A DNA stretch of 64,000 nt from Mycoavidus cysteinexigens (GTDB lineage: Bacteria > Pseudomonadota > Gammaproteobacteria > Burkholderiales > Burkholderiaceae), in assembly GCA_031963445.1 (NCBI GenBank), contig JASSUH010000002.1, positions 78,772 through 142,771 of the forward strand. Reading direction: 5' to 3'. Each line of letters begins with the position of its first letter. The first letter of the stretch is position 1. Below the pieces are notes generated by a model. The model saw nothing but the letters and a program-made list of their open reading frames with translations. It had not been told where the DNA came from and made no database searches. Shown here piece by piece: positions 37,568 through 47,349 of this stretch. A program made the position numbers and the translations under genes.

Positions 37568-38650
37568 TTAGAAAATAAATTCTATCTCTTGATTTTTCTC
37601 ATTCTTTATACCTTTATAGCTAAATTGATGTGAGATTAAATTATTCCCTGCTAAGTAAATGAGTTCAATATTTGTTTTTGATGACCTTAATTTCTGCAGT
37701 AAAAAATGCATTCCAGAGGGATTTATGCAGTTATAACTTATATTTAAATTCTTTAAGTCTTTTCGTAAGGAGTGAATTATATTATATAAACCTAAGTCAC
37801 CTATTTGGTTATGACTTATATCTAAAGTCTCAATGGCAATATGTTTAATATAATCTGAAAAATGGATTGCTCTTTTTTCGCTCATGTTATTGTTACTTAA
37901 ATTTAATTTAATAATAGTTTTTTCTTTCAATGCCATGCCTAACTGATATATTGCTGAATCATTATTAATGTTACTATTTTTTAGGCTTAAGTAATGAATG
38001 GCATAAAGCTGTCTATTATTATCTAATGTCTGTGATAATTTCTCGGTAAATAGCTTGAAATTTGAAGAAAAAATGCTGTCAGCAATAATAGAAAGGCTTT
38101 CTATATTTGTTTTGCGAGACAATAAGTTAAGCACAAATAAATTTTTTCTTATCTTGCCTTTGCTAATGTCAATCGAAATATGCTTCGTTTTGCTCAAAAT
38201 AATTTTAATACCGTAGTAGGCTTGAGCATCATTAAAGCTGCTTTTGATATTGCAGATGGTTGATTTGCAGGTGTTTCTTTTGTTTCTGTCGTTGGCTGAT
38301 AGATTTTGATCTATAAATTTCTCATGCTCTTTTAATTTCTTTAAAAAATTTATATCGCTGCAAATTGAGCTATGGTATTTTGATTTTTTATAATATACGC
38401 TTTTTAAAAAATCATTGAGTCCTGAGTAAAATGCTTTGTTGACTCTTGATATGATATATAGTTGAGTTACGGATTTAATCGGCTCATAATTATGTATTAT
38501 GTAGATGAAAATTTTAAATATCAATTCTATCGGTAAGTCTAACTCTCTTTCGTGATGGTTATTTATACCGTCTTTTAATTTTGGTTGAAATGAAGAAGAA
38601 AGCAATGAAGGGTGCTGGCTTGAAGAGATATTGATAGAAGAAGAAAACAT
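37568..38650 (-). CDS. F-box + leucine-rich-repeat (RNI-type) protein; eukaryote-like effector candidate
   Basis: F-box-like LPIELIFKIFIYI...ISRVNKAFY. C-terminal LRRs (LNLSNNNMSEK.., LDISHNQIGDLG.., LNISYNCINPSG..). Confidence 0.75.
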   Translation of the reverse strand: MFSSSINISSSQHPSLLSSSFQPKLKDGINNHHERELDLPIELIFKIFIYIIHNYEPIKSVTQLYIISRVNKAFYSGLNDFLKSVYYKKSKYHSSICSDINFLKKLKEHEKFIDQNLSANDRNKRNTCKSTICNIKSSFNDAQAYYGIKIILSKTKHISIDISKGKIRKNLFVLNLLSRKTNIESLSIIADSIFSSNFKLFTEKLSQTLDNNRQLYAIHYLSLKNSNINNDSAIYQLGMALKEKTIIKLNLSNNNMSEKRAIHFSDYIKHIAIETLDISHNQIGDLGLYNIIHSLRKDLKNLNISYNCINPSGMHFLLQKLRSSKTNIELIYLAGNNLISHQFSYKGIKNEKNQEIEFIF

Positions 38651-38757
38651 GATTTATCTCGTCTTTAATTTTAGTTTTTTATATACAAATATCAGTAGCG
38701 TGTAATATATATGATTGAGATAAATCTATAGCAGAGAAATGCGGTTAAACGTGTCTT

Positions 38758-39990
38758 TTAAAGTAACAAACAATCATTATTGTTGTTGCTATGATTATAA
38801 GAATCATCCATTATAAAAGAATAATCATCAGCAGGAGAGTAATCTTCAGAAAAAGAGTCGGCTATCTCAAAAGGTGAGTTGGATTCATAATGATCAAACA
38901 GAAATTTAATAAATTCATTTTTCTTGTTTTCGATGCTTGCATAGCCGTTTAAAGAGCTAAGCTGCTTGATTTGACGCAAATCAATGCATTCAATTTCTGT
39001 TGGGCATGATCTTAGTTTTTCGAATATAAGTTGAACTCCGTATCGGTTAATATTATTTCCACTTAAATTTAAATGTTTTAAATCTTTTGGAATGGCACCA
39101 AGGATATATCGTAAGCCTTCATTGCTAATTCCTATATTGCTTAATTGTAAATTATCAATTTTTGTAGTCATAAGGTATTGAGCTAGAATAGGTGAAAATT
39201 CATCTGATATTTTATTGTTACTTAAATCTAATGTAGTTATATTTTTATTTATAATGGTTTGCCCAATAAGATGAATGGCTTCAAAACTATGTATTCCATT
39301 TCCTCTTAAACTTAGGTAATTAATTTTTGAAATGCTTTTATTGTTATCAATAATTAATTTAAGTTGACCTAAAAATTCTAATATATTTGTAGTAAAAAAA
39401 TTATCTGCAATAATTGAAATATTTTTTATATCAGTTCTTTTTGCTACAATTTTTATTGTATTTATGCTGTCATAGAACCAATTTTTATCAAAATTTATAT
39501 AAATATTTTTTGCTTTTTTTAACATAAAATTCCAGCTATTATCTATCTCATCGTCCCTATACCGGATGTTTGCAAATTTTCTAAATAGCTCACTGTATTT
39601 TTTTATATTGGCTTGAATAATTTCATGCCGAAATTCACTGCTTATATTATTTTCTATATTTTTCATCTCTTTAAGAAATGCAATATCCTTTTCTGCATTT
39701 TTTATATAATTTAGCGAAGAGATTTTTAAAAATCTTTTTGCGCTTTCGTAAAAAGATTTATTTATACGTTGTGCTATATTTAAATTGAATATGGACTTCA
39801 CAGATTCATAAGGTGTTACTAAAAAATAAAGGATTTTCTCTATTACTTCTTCTGGTAAATTGGGGACTAACTTGGAGCTAGGCGCTCTGTCTTTTTCTGT
39901 AGTAATTATTTTTTTATCTTCTGATAAGTTTGGATAAGTAGCTTGTAAGCCACGGTGGCTTTGAGAAGAGTGAATAGTGGTGGAAAACAT
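38758..39990 (-). CDS. F-box + leucine-rich-repeat (RNI-type) protein; paralog of 37568..38650
   Basis: LPEEVIEKILYFL...IAQRINKSFY, plus LRRs (LDLSNNKISDE.., LQLSNIGISNEG.., LNLSGNNINRYG..). Confidence 0.75.
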   Translation of the reverse strand: MFSTTIHSSQSHRGLQATYPNLSEDKKIITTEKDRAPSSKLVPNLPEEVIEKILYFLVTPYESVKSIFNLNIAQRINKSFYESAKRFLKISSLNYIKNAEKDIAFLKEMKNIENNISSEFRHEIIQANIKKYSELFRKFANIRYRDDEIDNSWNFMLKKAKNIYINFDKNWFYDSINTIKIVAKRTDIKNISIIADNFFTTNILEFLGQLKLIIDNNKSISKINYLSLRGNGIHSFEAIHLIGQTIINKNITTLDLSNNKISDEFSPILAQYLMTTKIDNLQLSNIGISNEGLRYILGAIPKDLKHLNLSGNNINRYGVQLIFEKLRSCPTEIECIDLRQIKQLSSLNGYASIENKKNEFIKFLFDHYESNSPFEIADSFSEDYSPADDYSFIMDDSYNHSNNNNDCLLL

Positions 39991-40137
39991 AACTAGCCTC
40001 GTTTTGATATCACATTACTTTATTAGAATAAATTGTAGAGAGAGATTATGAATGCGCATCTCAGTTTTTCAACTAATTTTTATGCCAATATAGAAGTCAA
40101 CCATTACATAAATTGAATAAAAAACTAAGGAGGGGGC

Positions 40138-41880
40138 GTGATAAAGCGTGATGGACGGGGAAATATAGGCAGTCTCTCACGTGGCACGGAACTGTGGCTC
40201 AATCAAGCTCGATTTTTTCTCGCCGCATTCAAAGCTATTTTGATAGTTGCTGTGCTGTCAGGTATATCAACTATCGGTATTTTTTCCTGGAAGACTATCA
40301 CGCCCAATGAACGCTATGCGGTAGAGCGCTATGTGCTTGCACAGGCGCTAGAGGGGTTGCCTATAGCGAACGATAAGATGGATTTAAATGTCAATGGACG
40401 TCTTTATCAGCTGGAAGCCAAGAAAGTCGTTTATTTGACAGAGCCAATGATCAATGAAGTACTGCAAAAACTTCAAAAGGCTTGTTTATGGGGACTATGC
40501 GCAGCGTTGGGCGCTGGATTGGTGGCTGCCTACTTGTGGTGGCGCTATGGCAAGCAAAAAATCACCGATAAACGATTGCGCGGGGCGCAATTAGTTAAAG
40601 GCGCGGAATTAACGAGCTTAATGCGCTCGCGCTCGGATGCTAGTCCTTACCTGATTGCAGGTGTACCCATGCGTCGTGATGCTGAAATGCTGCATAGTTT
40701 ATTTTGCGGCGCACCAGGTACAGGTAAGTCCCAACAATTTTTTGCCTTGATGCGGCAAATTCGTGCACGGGGTAAGCGCATGATTGTGTATGACCCAACC
40801 GGAGAATACACACAGGCTTTTTACCGCGAGGGCAAAGATATTCTGATGAACCCATTAGATGTTAGAAGCCCAAATTGGACTATTTGGCATGAAATTGAGA
40901 AGAACTACCACTTTGACAATATTGCCAGCGGGTTGATGCCTGATCCCATTAAAGATGACCCATTCTGGGTAAAAGCGGGGCGCATGGTGCTTAAAGAAGT
41001 CTTTCGGGCATTAGGCGAGGCAGGAAAGCGTACAAACGGAGATTTATATCAAGCCATTGCTAATAGCAATTTGCAAGAAATGTATACGTTATTGAAAGAT
41101 ACACCAGGCTCAACGTATGTTGATCCGCTCACTGAGCGTACAGGTATGTCAATCAAAATGACGGTGCAAAATCAATTGGAATCGTTTCGTTTTTTGCATG
41201 ATGAAGGCGAGCCTTTTTCAATTCGGCAGTGGGTACAAGAAGAGAGTGATACTTGGATGTTCATTACGGCCCGTGAATCGCTGCGTGAAGCGCTAAAACC
41301 TGTGCTTTCACTTTGGGTCGATATTGCGATTAAAGCAGTATTGGATCTGAGTCCGATTCACCAGGAGCGTCTTTGGTTTGCACTAGATGAATTACCAACG
41401 CTACAAAAGCTCGATATTTTGAAATTAGCGATCACAAATGGCCGAAAGTATGGCTTATGTTTCGCGTTGGGCATGCAAGACTTGCCTCAGCTTTACGCTA
41501 TTTACGGGCAAGAATTCGCTAAAACCATCATTTCAAGTTGCCAAACCAAATTATTGCTACGAGTGACAGATGGTGAAGCCGCTAAGATGATGTCAAAACT
41601 GATGGGGCAGGTAGAAGTCGATGAAAAAGAAGAAACGTTTAACTATGGTCTAAATAGCCATCGGGACGGGGTGAGTGTGTCAGCGCGCCGAGCGATGCGT
41701 GACATTGTTCTTCCTTCAGAAATTCTGACTTTGCCTGATATGGCAGGCTATTTAATGGCGCCTGGCGACTACCCGATAGCCAAGGTAAGTTACCCTTATG
41801 TACCTATACAAAAAATAGCAGAGGGATTCATCGAGCGCACTCAATTTGATGTGAATTTTGAATCAATGCTTGCTGTTTAA
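40138..41880 (+). CDS. traD: Type IV coupling protein (TraD/TrwB/VirD4 family)
   Basis: N-terminal TM helices, Walker A GAPGTGKSQ and Walker B WFALDELP. GTG start. Confidence 0.9.
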   Translation: MIKRDGRGNIGSLSRGTELWLNQARFFLAAFKAILIVAVLSGISTIGIFSWKTITPNERYAVERYVLAQALEGLPIANDKMDLNVNGRLYQLEAKKVVYLTEPMINEVLQKLQKACLWGLCAALGAGLVAAYLWWRYGKQKITDKRLRGAQLVKGAELTSLMRSRSDASPYLIAGVPMRRDAEMLHSLFCGAPGTGKSQQFFALMRQIRARGKRMIVYDPTGEYTQAFYREGKDILMNPLDVRSPNWTIWHEIEKNYHFDNIASGLMPDPIKDDPFWVKAGRMVLKEVFRALGEAGKRTNGDLYQAIANSNLQEMYTLLKDTPGSTYVDPLTERTGMSIKMTVQNQLESFRFLHDEGEPFSIRQWVQEESDTWMFITARESLREALKPVLSLWVDIAIKAVLDLSPIHQERLWFALDELPTLQKLDILKLAITNGRKYGLCFALGMQDLPQLYAIYGQEFAKTIISSCQTKLLLRVTDGEAAKMMSKLMGQVEVDEKEETFNYGLNSHRDGVSVSARRAMRDIVLPSEILTLPDMAGYLMAPGDYPIAKVSYPYVPIQKIAEGFIERTQFDVNFESMLAV

Positions 41881-41886
41881 ATCAAC

Positions 41887-42975
41887 GTGAAAGGTAATAA
41901 ACCAATGGCTACTGAAGTAAATTTAATTTCTTCTGCCGTCGAAGAACTGTTTCGGCAAGCTGAGGGCCATATAGATAAGGCCAGGCAAGCTGTTTCTCGC
42001 ACCATCGATACGGAAATGGTCAGTGCTTACTGGTGCATTGGTAGAGACATTGTTCACACAGAGCAAGAAGGGCAGGAACGCGCTACCTATGGGAGTGGCT
42101 TATTAACGGCTCTTTCTGAAAGACTTACTAAAAAATATGGTCGTGGATTTGGTATTTCTACGTTAAAAGACATTCGTCAATTTTATTTAACGTATTCGGA
42201 CTATTGTCCAATTCGCCACGCACTGCGTGGCGAATTAGAAACGCAACTGAGTGCTGGGTTAGGGTGGACTCACTATCGTGCGCTAATGCGTTTGGATCGG
42301 ACCGAAGCGCGGCAATTTTATGAAATCGAAGCGGAAAAAAATCGTTGGTCAGGTCGAGAATTAGAAAGGCAGATAGCGAGTTTATTGTTCGATCGTCTGG
42401 CAAAAAGCAAAGATAAAAGTGGTTTGATGCAATTGGCGCGCCAAGGACAAGAAATTACCAAAGCGGAAGATGCAATTAAAGAGCCGGTGGTGCTTGAATT
42501 TCTTAATCTGCCAGAATCTCACCGCTTAGTGGAGTCTGACCTTGAAGAGGCTTTAATCAATAACTTACAGCATTTTTTATTAGAGTTAGGTAAAGGTTTT
42601 GCTTTTGTTGCAAGGCAAAAGCGATTGTCGCTGGACGGAGACCATTTCTATGCCGACCTTGTTTTTTACCATGTTATTTTAAAGTGCTACGTCATCATAG
42701 ACCTTAAAACGAGAAAACTATCCCATGCTGATTTAGGGCAGATGCTTTTGTATGTGAATTATTTTGATAGAGAAGTCATTGCCAAAGATGATAACCCGAC
42801 CATTGGTTTAATTCTGTGCACGGAAAAAAGTGATGCTATGGTGAAATACACACTTGGCGATAAAAATAAACAGGTCTTTGCAAGTAAATATCAATTCCAT
42901 TTACCGACAGAAGAAGAGCTAGAGGCAGAACTCAAACGAGAAATGAGAGAAATAAAGCAAAAATTAGAAACGTAA
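41887..42975 (+). CDS. DUF1016/YhcG-family PD-(D/E)XK nuclease-like protein
   Basis: YWCIGRDIV...ATYGSGLL..LS..L...YGRGF....L...RQFY, and a C-terminal ...D..FYH..L.CYV.IDLK motif. Confidence 0.8.
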   Translation: MKGNKPMATEVNLISSAVEELFRQAEGHIDKARQAVSRTIDTEMVSAYWCIGRDIVHTEQEGQERATYGSGLLTALSERLTKKYGRGFGISTLKDIRQFYLTYSDYCPIRHALRGELETQLSAGLGWTHYRALMRLDRTEARQFYEIEAEKNRWSGRELERQIASLLFDRLAKSKDKSGLMQLARQGQEITKAEDAIKEPVVLEFLNLPESHRLVESDLEEALINNLQHFLLELGKGFAFVARQKRLSLDGDHFYADLVFYHVILKCYVIIDLKTRKLSHADLGQMLLYVNYFDREVIAKDDNPTIGLILCTEKSDAMVKYTLGDKNKQVFASKYQFHLPTEEELEAELKREMREIKQKLET

Positions 42976-43039
42976 TAGCTTCCTAGTTATGTGGCTTAAT
43001 TAAACCAAGTGTCAGCGTGTTAGCCCGTGGGGTATATTA

Positions 43040-45868
43040 ATGATTAGCCTAAATAATGTAGGAAGCGCAGGGCAGGCGCTGCATTATTTCTCAAAAGATA
43101 ATTACTACACAAAACAAGATGGCTTAGCGCATTCTGAGTGGTTTGGTAAAGGCGCAATACGCTTAGGTTTGACAGGGAAAATCGAGCAGCAGCCTTTCCT
43201 CAATCTCTTGCGCGGCAAAATAGAAAATCAGCAATTAGGAAAATGGGTCAGAAATCTTGAAACAGGCGAGAAAGAGCGTCAGCATCGACCAGGTATTGAT
43301 GTCACCTTTTCTGCACCTAAGAGCGTGTCGATTTTGGCAGAAATCTTTGGGCAACAGGATGTGCGAGAGGCCCACGAAGCAGCAGTTAAAGAAGCACTGA
43401 CTTATATTGAAAAAAATCTGATTGCGACGCGCATTACTCAGAACAGAGAGACCACAGTAGTAAAGACCAGCAATATGATGGTGAGCTTATTTCGCCACAA
43501 TACTAGCCGAGACTTAGATCCCCAAACGCATACGCATGCCGTCATTATGAACGCCACTTTATGCGAGGATGGGCAATGGCGCTCGTTGATGAACGATGAC
43601 ATTTACCGTGCGCAAGGCGTCATAGGGGCGATCTATACCTCTGCGCTGGCAGAAAAATTACAAACACTAGGTTACGCATTAGAACGCACGGATGCGCGTG
43701 GCAATTTTGAAATTGCAGGTGTTAATCATGAGCAACTTGCGCATTTCTCTCAAAGACGCGCACAAATCACTGCTGCGTTAGAGGCAAAGGGCATTTCCAT
43801 TCAAGAAGCCAGCGCGCAACAAAAAGAAGACGCCACGCTTAAAACTCGCTCCCATAAAAAATCCGTAGATCATGACGTTTTAATGGAGGAATGGCAAACA
43901 CGCGCCCAAAACATGGGAATCGATTTTCAATCCATTCAAGACAGAGCGCAATCCAATCAAAAAGAGCAGGTCTCAACCCGTGATAATCCGTTGACTGGCT
44001 TACAGGCCATGCAATTCGCTGTTGAGCATTTGGGTGAACGCGAAGCAGTATTTTCTCCGTTAGATTTAATGGAGACGGCTATCCAGCACAGTGTGGGCCG
44101 TACGTCTCCAGAGGATGTAGAGCAGGCTTTTGCACACTTGGAGGATATCGGGGAGCTAATTGCATTACCTAATGACCAATACACTACCAAACGCATGTTT
44201 CATAGCGAGAAGCGTACTCTCGACCAAATACTTGTGCAACAAGGACAAGTAGTTCAAATCATGACGCCAGAAACCGTAACAAAGCGGATTGTACTGGCAG
44301 AGCAGCAACAACGTATAACCTTCACACCAGGTCAAAAGGATGCAATTCGTCAAACGCTAGCAACGGAAGATCGGTACGTCGCTATACAGGGTTTAGCAGG
44401 AACGGGCAAAACCACCATGTTAAACGCGCTGCGGGAAATAGCGACTGAACAAGGCTATACCGTGCGCGGCATGACTCCTACGGGTGCGGCTAGTAAAGTT
44501 TTGGCGCTGTCTACAAAGATACATGCTGATACTGTCCATATGTTCCTCATCCGTGAAAAAAGGTTACAAAAGGATATCGACTTTGCTAAGCAGTACGCGC
44601 CTCATTTTGTGCGAAAAAGTGAATTGTGGATTATCGATGAAAGTTCTTTTTTGTCGCAGTATCAAAAAGAGGCGATTGATAAGACTGCGTTAAAAGCAGG
44701 GGCGAGAGTTGTATACGTTGGCGATATGTTGCAGTTGCAGGCCGTAGAGGCCGGTAAGCCTTTTGAGTTGGCACAAAAAAACGGTATCGAAACGGCCTAT
44801 ATGACAGAAATAAGCCGACAAAAAAGCAAAACCTTAAAGCGAGCGGTGGATATCGTAGTCGGTCGGGATCAATTACAAGAAGGACAGCGTTTAACTCAGA
44901 TTGAATTGAATCGTAATACGCATGCTTTTTCCTATATGGATAAAGTCGGTATGGTCTATGAAGTGGAATCAGAGTTAATAAAGGCGGTCGCTAATTGTTA
45001 TCTCAATTTGGAACCTGCAAAACGAGAGCGCACGATTGTATTTACCGCTTTTAATAAAGATAGAGTAGAGATCAATGAAGGAATACGTGAAGGGTTAAAA
45101 GAATTGGGGGAGTTGGCGTCGCACGAAAAAAAATGTGAAATCCTGGTCTCCAAAGGCTGGACACGAGCCAAGATTAAAGAAGCCCAATATTACACAAAAG
45201 GCGATGTGGTGCGCTTTGGCCGTGATTACAAAAGTATGAATATTAAAAAGGGCGAATATGCACGTGTATATTCTGTCATTGAGAAATCAGGTTCCCTTGT
45301 ACTGCAAAAATCAGATAATAAAGCGCTTACTTGGACACTTCGGAAGCATAATAAGCTTGAAGTGTACGACGCTGAAACCCGCCCTCTGGCCGTTGGGGAC
45401 TTAATCCGTTTTACCCGAAATGGGGAAGTATGTAAAAACGGAGAAGTTGCGCGTGTGAAAAACATAACTGACCAAAAAGCCTCTCTAGAGCTTTGCCGAG
45501 ATGCAGCCCCCTCTTTATATGAAGTGGATCTCTCAAAGTCCTGTCATTGGGATCACGCATACGCCGTCACCGTTCATAGTGCGCAGGGAAGTACCCAGGA
45601 GCGAGCTATTTTTCATATTGATATCAAGCAAGATGAAAAACGCTCGGAAAAAGCGGAATTAGCGCAAATGGCAAAAATATTTGGCGCACGTAGTTTTTAC
45701 GTTGGCGTGACGCGAGCAAGCCATGCGTTAAGGATTTATACGAATGACAAAGAAAAAGCAGAAAAAGCAATCTGTGCTCGTCTAGATAAGACTAGCGTAA
45801 TAGAGACTATGCAAAATCATGAGAAAACACGGACCTCTATACAGAAGCAACAAGGGATGAATAGATAA
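43040..45868 (+). CDS. traI: MOBF relaxase-helicase (TrwC/TraI family)
   Basis: The N-terminus is colinear with my recollection of TrwC (A..YF...NYY.K......W.GKGA..LGL.G; DVTFSAPKSVS; FRHNTSRDLDPQTHTHAVIMN). Helicase Walker A is GLAGTGKTT. Confidence 0.92.
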   Translation: MISLNNVGSAGQALHYFSKDNYYTKQDGLAHSEWFGKGAIRLGLTGKIEQQPFLNLLRGKIENQQLGKWVRNLETGEKERQHRPGIDVTFSAPKSVSILAEIFGQQDVREAHEAAVKEALTYIEKNLIATRITQNRETTVVKTSNMMVSLFRHNTSRDLDPQTHTHAVIMNATLCEDGQWRSLMNDDIYRAQGVIGAIYTSALAEKLQTLGYALERTDARGNFEIAGVNHEQLAHFSQRRAQITAALEAKGISIQEASAQQKEDATLKTRSHKKSVDHDVLMEEWQTRAQNMGIDFQSIQDRAQSNQKEQVSTRDNPLTGLQAMQFAVEHLGEREAVFSPLDLMETAIQHSVGRTSPEDVEQAFAHLEDIGELIALPNDQYTTKRMFHSEKRTLDQILVQQGQVVQIMTPETVTKRIVLAEQQQRITFTPGQKDAIRQTLATEDRYVAIQGLAGTGKTTMLNALREIATEQGYTVRGMTPTGAASKVLALSTKIHADTVHMFLIREKRLQKDIDFAKQYAPHFVRKSELWIIDESSFLSQYQKEAIDKTALKAGARVVYVGDMLQLQAVEAGKPFELAQKNGIETAYMTEISRQKSKTLKRAVDIVVGRDQLQEGQRLTQIELNRNTHAFSYMDKVGMVYEVESELIKAVANCYLNLEPAKRERTIVFTAFNKDRVEINEGIREGLKELGELASHEKKCEILVSKGWTRAKIKEAQYYTKGDVVRFGRDYKSMNIKKGEYARVYSVIEKSGSLVLQKSDNKALTWTLRKHNKLEVYDAETRPLAVGDLIRFTRNGEVCKNGEVARVKNITDQKASLELCRDAAPSLYEVDLSKSCHWDHAYAVTVHSAQGSTQERAIFHIDIKQDEKRSEKAELAQMAKIFGARSFYVGVTRASHALRIYTNDKEKAEKAICARLDKTSVIETMQNHEKTRTSIQKQQGMNR

Positions 45869-45900
45869 GAGTGCCGGTTTTTCTTTATGTGTTGTGATCG

Positions 45901-46413
45901 TTAGTACCACCAACGTTTGGCTAAAATTTCGTCGTATTGTTTAGTTATATGCTTTGTCATATGGGTACATAGCGCAAGGAATAATAGTATCGCCCCCAAA
46001 CAAAGTGACTCTGCATTTCTAAGTTGAATATGAGGGTTGTTTATGGAAATAAGCAATACTTGAGAAGAAAGCAATCCTAAAAGAAAGCCGCAGAGTATAT
46101 TAGCTAATTTAGAGCTAAAGAAACCCAAGGCTATCAATAGGGTAGGTTGTTCATCAAGTGTGGGTTTTGTTTTGCCTTTTTTATGAAAACGAGAGAGTAG
46201 GGCGCTTAGCATAGCCCCTGTTTTTTGCCACATACTCTTTCGTGCTAAAGGATTGGAAGAGGGTGACTGGTGAGATTGCCTATAGCCCTGCAAAGCGTCT
46301 TCAAGTATGGCTTCATGAGAGCGGCCATCTTTCTTAGCCATTTTTTCAAGCATGGCGAGTGCTTTTGAAGAAATGCGTACTGTAGATGTTTTTTCATTGT
46401 CATAGTCAAGCAT
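45901..46413 (-). CDS. Hypothetical protein: RHH-like N-terminus plus two C-terminal TM helices
   Basis: VRISSKALAMLEKMAKKDGRSHEAILEDAL, followed by hydrophobic segments. Confidence 0.45.
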   Translation of the reverse strand: MLDYDNEKTSTVRISSKALAMLEKMAKKDGRSHEAILEDALQGYRQSHQSPSSNPLARKSMWQKTGAMLSALLSRFHKKGKTKPTLDEQPTLLIALGFFSSKLANILCGFLLGLLSSQVLLISINNPHIQLRNAESLCLGAILLFLALCTHMTKHITKQYDEILAKRWWY

Positions 46414-46824
46414 AAAAATTCCTCTTATAGATAATGAAGCGTTTAAACGGCTAAAGCCATTTGCTTGATCATAAGAGGGTTTTCTTCAATGCTATGAATG
46501 TGAAAATGTGTATGCACACCATTTTACGGTGGGTGGTGTGGCTTAATACATGTCATCACAGCTTTTAAGCTAGTACCGAGTACTGTTGATTTTTCTTACA
46601 GCTATACCTTGGCACAGGCTTAGGGAATCCAGGTACTAACACTCTCTTATTATTAGGCAAATAGAAAATTCACTATCGCTAGGCCATTTGCCCAATAATA
46701 AAAGAGGGAACTTAAATATTAGGTGACGCTAAATTACCATTTTGGGCAATTCGTATATTTTTTATTGCTCTGATAGTAAATCAGCCCTTTATCTTTACTC
46801 CGCCTAACGTTTATTTTTCAACAT

Positions 46825-47109
46825 TCAGCATTTCAATAAATTCTTAAATAGGGTGTGCAAGATATCGCATTCCATATTCTTTGCTTCGTCAGCACACAAA
46901 ATAAGTTTTTCACGTGCTCCTGCTTCACTTCCTTCTCTTTTTGCAGCTTGGATACTTTGTTTTATGCGTTCAATGGATGTTTTCATACTTTCATCGAGAG
47001 GCAATTCCTTACCCATACTAAGTTTATCTAAAGCTTCCTCGTGCTCCCTATCTAATTCTTGCTTGGCTTTTTCAATAATTTCGTAGTCTGATTGGGAAAA
47101 GGTTTCCAT
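46825..47109 (-). CDS. Small helical/coiled-coil hypothetical protein
   Basis: ORF only. Charged helical composition. Confidence 0.35.
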   Translation of the reverse strand: METFSQSDYEIIEKAKQELDREHEEALDKLSMGKELPLDESMKTSIERIKQSIQAAKREGSEAGAREKLILCADEAKNMECDILHTLFKNLLKC

Positions 47110-47349
47110 GAGTGCTCCTGTTTAAGAAAGCAGAAAGGAAGGTCTTTCTGTTTTTGGAGCATAGGAGCTTTTTATTGCTTGCGCTATTTATCTAATGGTC
47201 TAAGGCCAAAGCCCTAAACTATTAGATATACATTGAAAGCCGGCTTATTTTTTGCGTCTTATTTGTATATAAGATTGCTATCTATAGAATAACTTTAGAT
47301 ACATGATGAGCGTATAAAGAAATTTATACAATTTTTTTGAGGTAAACCA

